Positions 59,170-64,000 of a DNA stretch of 64,000 bases are shown piece after piece. The DNA lies in the NCBI GenBank assembly GCA_951406725.2, contig OX597831.1:58280001-58344000 (forward strand), read 5' to 3'. This DNA comes from Octopus vulgaris (taxonomy: Eukaryota). The translations under genes and the position numbers were made by a program. Below the pieces are notes generated by a model, which was given only the letters and a program-made list of their open reading frames with translations, had not been told where the DNA came from and did no database searches. The stretch's first letter is position 1. Each line of letters opens with the position of its first letter.

Positions 59170-59899
59170 GTATATATGTATATATATATGCACATATGGG
59201 TGATGGATGTGCATAAACAACATTACTACTATTAGTGAAATAACAGCAACAAAATTTAATAGAGAAATGTAAGCTCAGAGAACAAGAAAGAGACAATACA
59301 AATATATCTGAATTGAAACATTAACGTTGATCTGCTTCTTGTGGACGGGGTTTGTATGCTGGTTGTATGCTGGTTTGTATGCTTCTCTTTCATACTTCTC
59401 AATCGAAAGAGATCAATATAAAGGATCCCAGGCAGATCAGATGTTTGAAATACTAACTTGGTTTATTGACTAGTTAGTTAACTAGTTTCACGATTCGATT
59501 AAAACTTTGTTGTCGGTTTTGCTTTGTAGAAATTTATTTTCAGTTCTATAATTGATAAGAGGTATGAAAGAAATACAGATGTTAACGTTGCTGTCATAGG
59601 TGTTGTTGTTGTTGTTGTTGATTAACTCCAGATGAATCTCGATGGCGGAGACCCACAGCATAGATCACTCTAAGCTATGACCAACCCATTTTCTCAGATT
59701 ATCCAGGGCTATATTTTTTCAGTGTTATATTTCCAGTTTATAATGTTTACTGACAAGTTATATAAGAAATGACTTGCTACTGTATTATAACGTAATTATA
59801 ACGTAAATACGTACAATCTGTTCCATAGTCGGAATGTTTGTGGAGTAAGTCGGCGATACTACGTTAGGGTTCCACTCTGAAAGAACAAAGAAAAAAATA

Positions 59900-60065
59900 A
59901 GGCATGGATGTGTAGTTTAGAAGTTCGTTTTGCAAACACGCCGTTTAGATCTTCAGTCCCACTTCAGAGCACCTTAGGCACGTGTCTTCCATATAGCCTC
60001 GTGTGGAACAATACCTAGGATTTTAAGATTGAATTTAGTAGATGGAAACCGCGAAAGCTCACCGG

Positions 60066-60126
<61 letters not shown>

Positions 60127-60632
60127 TCGTCCTCATGCGTGCACGAGTACACATAAATACATATATACAAACACACCCAGATTCAAGTACATAAACATAT
60201 GTACATATATCCCCACATGCACAGAAACGGGTATTCCCATGTCTACGCACGTGCATATGTATCCCTATGCACTCGGACAAGGGGGTACTATAGGGATACA
60301 TATCCACGTGCGTAGACATGGGAATGGGTATACCCGTTTCTGTGCATGTGGGGATATATGTACATATGTCTATGTACTTGAATCTGGGTGTGTTTGTATA
60401 TATGCATTTCTGTTTACTCGTGCACGCGTGAGGACGTGTGTATATATGCATATATAAACAGGTGTGTGTGCGCATGAACTTGAATGAACATCTATGGACT
60501 CATACATGTCGATGTACGCATGTGTTTTTTTGTGTATGGGTTTCATTGTATATGTGTACACATGTACTTATACATATGTATGGGTGTGCATACACACACA
60601 CACACACACACATACACACACACATATATATG

Positions 60633-60663
<31 letters not shown>

Positions 60664-60882
60664 ATGTGTGTATATATGGGTGTAAGGATGGGTCAATATA
60701 TATATATATATATAATTGTGTATATGTATATATGTGTATATATATATATATACATACATACATATATATATGTATGTATGTATATATGTATATATGTGTG
60801 TGTGTATGTGTGAGCGTGTGTGCGTGCGTGTGTATATGAATGTATGTGTTTGTGTGTGAGAGTATGTGTGTGTATGTGCCTC

Positions 60883-60913
<31 letters not shown>

Positions 60914-61035
60914 GTGCGTAGGAGGGATAGAATAAGTATCAGACTTAACAATAAGGATGGGTTTGTTCGACTAAAATCCTTCAAGGTGTGCCCCAGCTTG
61001 ACCACAGCACAATGACTGAAAGAAGTCAAAGATGT
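59900..61035 (+). mobile_element. Family A SINE (diverged) hosting a foldback element
   Basis: Head 59900-60066, tail 60920-61035. Confidence 0.65.
60124..60442. mobile_element. Foldback/MITE-like palindrome in (TA)n, arms about 145 bp
   Basis: 60124-60268 inverted at 60290-60442. Confidence 0.8.
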
Positions 61036-61829
61036 TTATATTTACAAGGGCAAGATGAGCTGAAGCTAGGTATCAACAGTCATCCCGTCGACCCTACAAA
61101 TGGACCGAGGACCCGTTAAAGCTTTTCACTCCTGCATTACTGACTCTGCTACCCATGCAACCGATTTTTTTCATTGGGAAGTACTTTGTCTTCCTGATAA
61201 CCCAGATGGGAGAAGTTTTAGGTTCATACAAGGTAGTTTATATAAACTACAGATAATTTTTACGTCGCCATGCCGGAAATGATAGACTCGCCGTTAGGAT
61301 GTCATATGCGGCTCTTAGACTGCTATTTCTAGCGTATCAAGTAACCTAACCACATTGAAGTTTTTAAGAGTTTCTAGGACTACATTACTTAAAATGGTAG
61401 TGCAGTTTGAGGAATGTTTGACTACTATTTCTAACAGAACAAGAGACCACAAAGAGTTGTTTTGAGGGGCTTCTAGGACTACATTATCCAATAAATGTTT
61501 TTTCCTAAGATGATAGGGTGTTCTTTGAGAAATTTTTGGTTGCTATTTCTAACACATCGAGCAAGCATAAAGATTCCTTTTCAGGGTTTTTAGAACAACA
61601 TTATCGAATGCGATTTTTCCTTATTTTGAGATACTAGCATGTGACCAGGGACTTAGTTCCTAGTAAGTGGAACGGTCTCAACCCTGTTCAATCGCTCAAT
61701 ACTGTTATATCGTACTGCTTGTTATATCGTGGTAATCTAAGGAGACCCGAACAATCTTATCCCTATAACATGAGATGAAAATCACTGCTACTGGTTCTGT
61801 GTCGTTGTTATTTTGTCCCTAGCTCTGTA

Positions 61830-61967
61830 GTAGCACTGGGAGCCAATCTATAGTGGAAGGTTTCCCAGGCGTAATCATCCCCTTCACTTACGAGGACGTA
61901 AATAAAAACCAATACCAGTTGCCAAGCGATGGTGAAGAACAAACACACACACACAAACACGCACACA

Positions 61968-62006
<39 letters not shown>

Positions 62007-62147
62007 TGTACATATGCATTTGCGTAGACATGAGAATGGGTATACCCGTTTCTGTGCATGTGGGGATATATGTACATATGTTTATGTACTTGAATCTGGG
62101 TGTGTTTGTATATATGTATTTATGTGTACTCGTGCACGCGTGAGGAC

Positions 62148-62192
<45 letters not shown>

Positions 62193-62400
62193 GTGAGCTT
62201 TCGCACACACACACATATACACACACATCGTATATACAGCGGGCTTCTTTCGGTTTCCGTCTAACAAATCTACTCTGAAGTTTTGGTCTGCCCGGGGTTA
62301 TCGTAGAAGACTCCTGCTCCAGGTGCCACTCACTGGTACTGAACCTATGACCACATGGTCAAGAAGCAAGCTTCTTAACCATACGGCTACGGCCCGCGCC
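61830..62400 (-). mobile_element. Family A SINE (diverged)
   Basis: Reverse head 62228-62400; tail 61830-61945. Confidence 0.65.
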
Positions 62401-62996
62401 TATAATGTCGATCGTTTTTCTTTTTACAATAATGAAAACACAGTTTGTCGGACAAGCGTAGTATTGAACAAGCCGCCCGATAGGTGTTCAGTTTATATCA
62501 TGTTGAAGCTATTCTCTTGTATCAGCGGTAAGAGGAAATAATTAATTTTAAACAGTCGAGTCCATATCGACAATGATTAATCAACATAACGATCACCATA
62601 GCTATCACCACCGTCACTCATTTCCTCTATTAACACTATCACAACCATCATTAACGTTACCACACCATAGTCCCAACTGCTACCACCATTACCGCCATCA
62701 CCACCACCATCATCACCAGCACCACCAGTATCACCAGCATCACCAGTATCACCACTACTATCACTAACAGCAATAGCAACAATAGCAAAATTGTAAATCA
62801 AGACCCATAACACCAATTCCATTAATCTTATCAACAGCTAAATCAAGAAAGTAGTCTCCATCGGTCTTTTATCACCTGTTAGAAATTTCGGCCAAATCTT
62901 CCTTAATTTACACATTCTGCCTCATCCAGGAAGGAAGGTTACATTAAATACTGTACACTATATCTGAAAACATAACGATGGCAGATTCCTTTAGAT

Positions 62997-63190
62997 CAGT
63001 GTTTCCCAACCTTTTTTCCCGGCGCCCCACTTTTTCATAGCAAAAGTTTTTACGCCCCACCTAAGGTTGTGCCCGCGATGACCGCTCGTCATGTACAAAT
63101 ATTTTCACAGCCCACGTCTATGCCCCGCGCCCCACCTGAATTTTCTCAGGCCCCACCAGTGGGGCGTACGCCCCACCTTGGGAATCACTG
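62997..63190. mobile_element. hAT (Charlie/Buster-type) MITE
   Basis: TIRs cagtgtttcccaa/ttgggaatcactg; 8-bp TSD ctttagat with central TA. Confidence 0.9.
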
Positions 63191-63393
63191 CTTTAGATGA
63201 TATGCCTGCTCGATGAAGGGTAGTTCTAGGGCTAAACAATAAGGAAGTCAACGGTAATGAAACAAGCATTATCACCAACGCCACTACCATCACCAGCATC
63301 AACATCATCAACATCACCATCATCACCACCAACGACAGCAACAGCAATAGCAACAACTACGACATCACAAACAACAGGAGCTAAAGGAGGATT

Positions 63394-63702
63394 AGTAGTA
63401 GTATGTTCCTTCTCGAGCCATGCCTGGCTCATAAAGGCCAGTTTCCTGGTTTCTTTGGCGTATAGGTTCCCCACCTGGACGGGACGCCGGTCCGTCGCAG
63501 GTGAGCTGCAAGATGCAGGAGGAAAGAGTGAGAGAAAGTTGTGGTGAAAGAGTCAGCAGAAGTTCGCCATTATCTTCTGCCAGAGCCGTGTGGAGCTTAG
63601 GTGTTTCGCTCATAAATACACACATTGCCCGGACTGAGATTCGAACCCGCGATCCCTCGACCGCAAGTCCACTGCTCTAACCACTAGGCCATTTGCCTCC
63701 AC
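63394..63702 (-). mobile_element. SINE family C variant
   Basis: Reverse tRNA-like head; TSD aaaggaggatt (63383-63393 / 63703-63713). Confidence 0.85.
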
Positions 63703-64000
63703 AAAGGAGGATTGACGTGTTAGAAATAATAGTTAAATATCTTTCATAGCGGACCATTTTTTAAAAAAGGAAATAGCACGTATAATTTACTGCAGTCAAA
63801 AATGAGTCAGGGTGGTAATTTCTGGTACACATTTGAGTATAAATCTTCATCGTCAGAGCTAATCTGGGCCAAAAAATACAGGACCTCGCCCCAAGTAATG
63901 GTATACCTATAACATCATCAGTATTCCTACACCTGAATGAAACCTCATTCAAGCACAACTTTGAGTAAAAGAAAACAAAACTAACACTATAATTTAAGAA

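Noticed and set aside
62573-62834. His-rich / Gly-Asp-rich ORFs
   Set aside because: Degenerate (CAC/CAT)n trinucleotide repeat.

Overview
AT-rich, microsatellite-dense eukaryotic intergenic or intronic DNA. The SINE families and repeat landscape point to an octopus/cephalopod genome (inference). I find no host protein-coding exon, and nearly all listed ORFs are microsatellite artefacts. The window is a mosaic of three tRNA-derived SINE families, a 5'-truncated R4/Dong-type retrotransposon in a (TAA)n tract, RTE, CR1/L2-like, CRE-like and L1/Tx1-like LINE relics, a decayed Penelope-like element (RT + GIY-YIG), Tc1/mariner, hAT and Helitron relics, a MITE family (one copy swollen by two satellites) and a truncated U6 snRNA copy. 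The main unexplained signal is a set of about 15 type I hammerhead ribozyme (HHR) motifs in at least nine sequence-unrelated non-coding inserts, most of them in (TA)n tracts. Most have palindromic stem III. Four families carry a compensatory U3-A8 core instead of C3-G8. Three inserts share an 'inverted arm + one monomer + partial tandem repeat' layout (periods about 507, 338 and 569 bp). This fits non-autonomous Penelope-mobilised retrozyme-like elements, possibly copied from circular RNA. All folds and alignments were done by eye.
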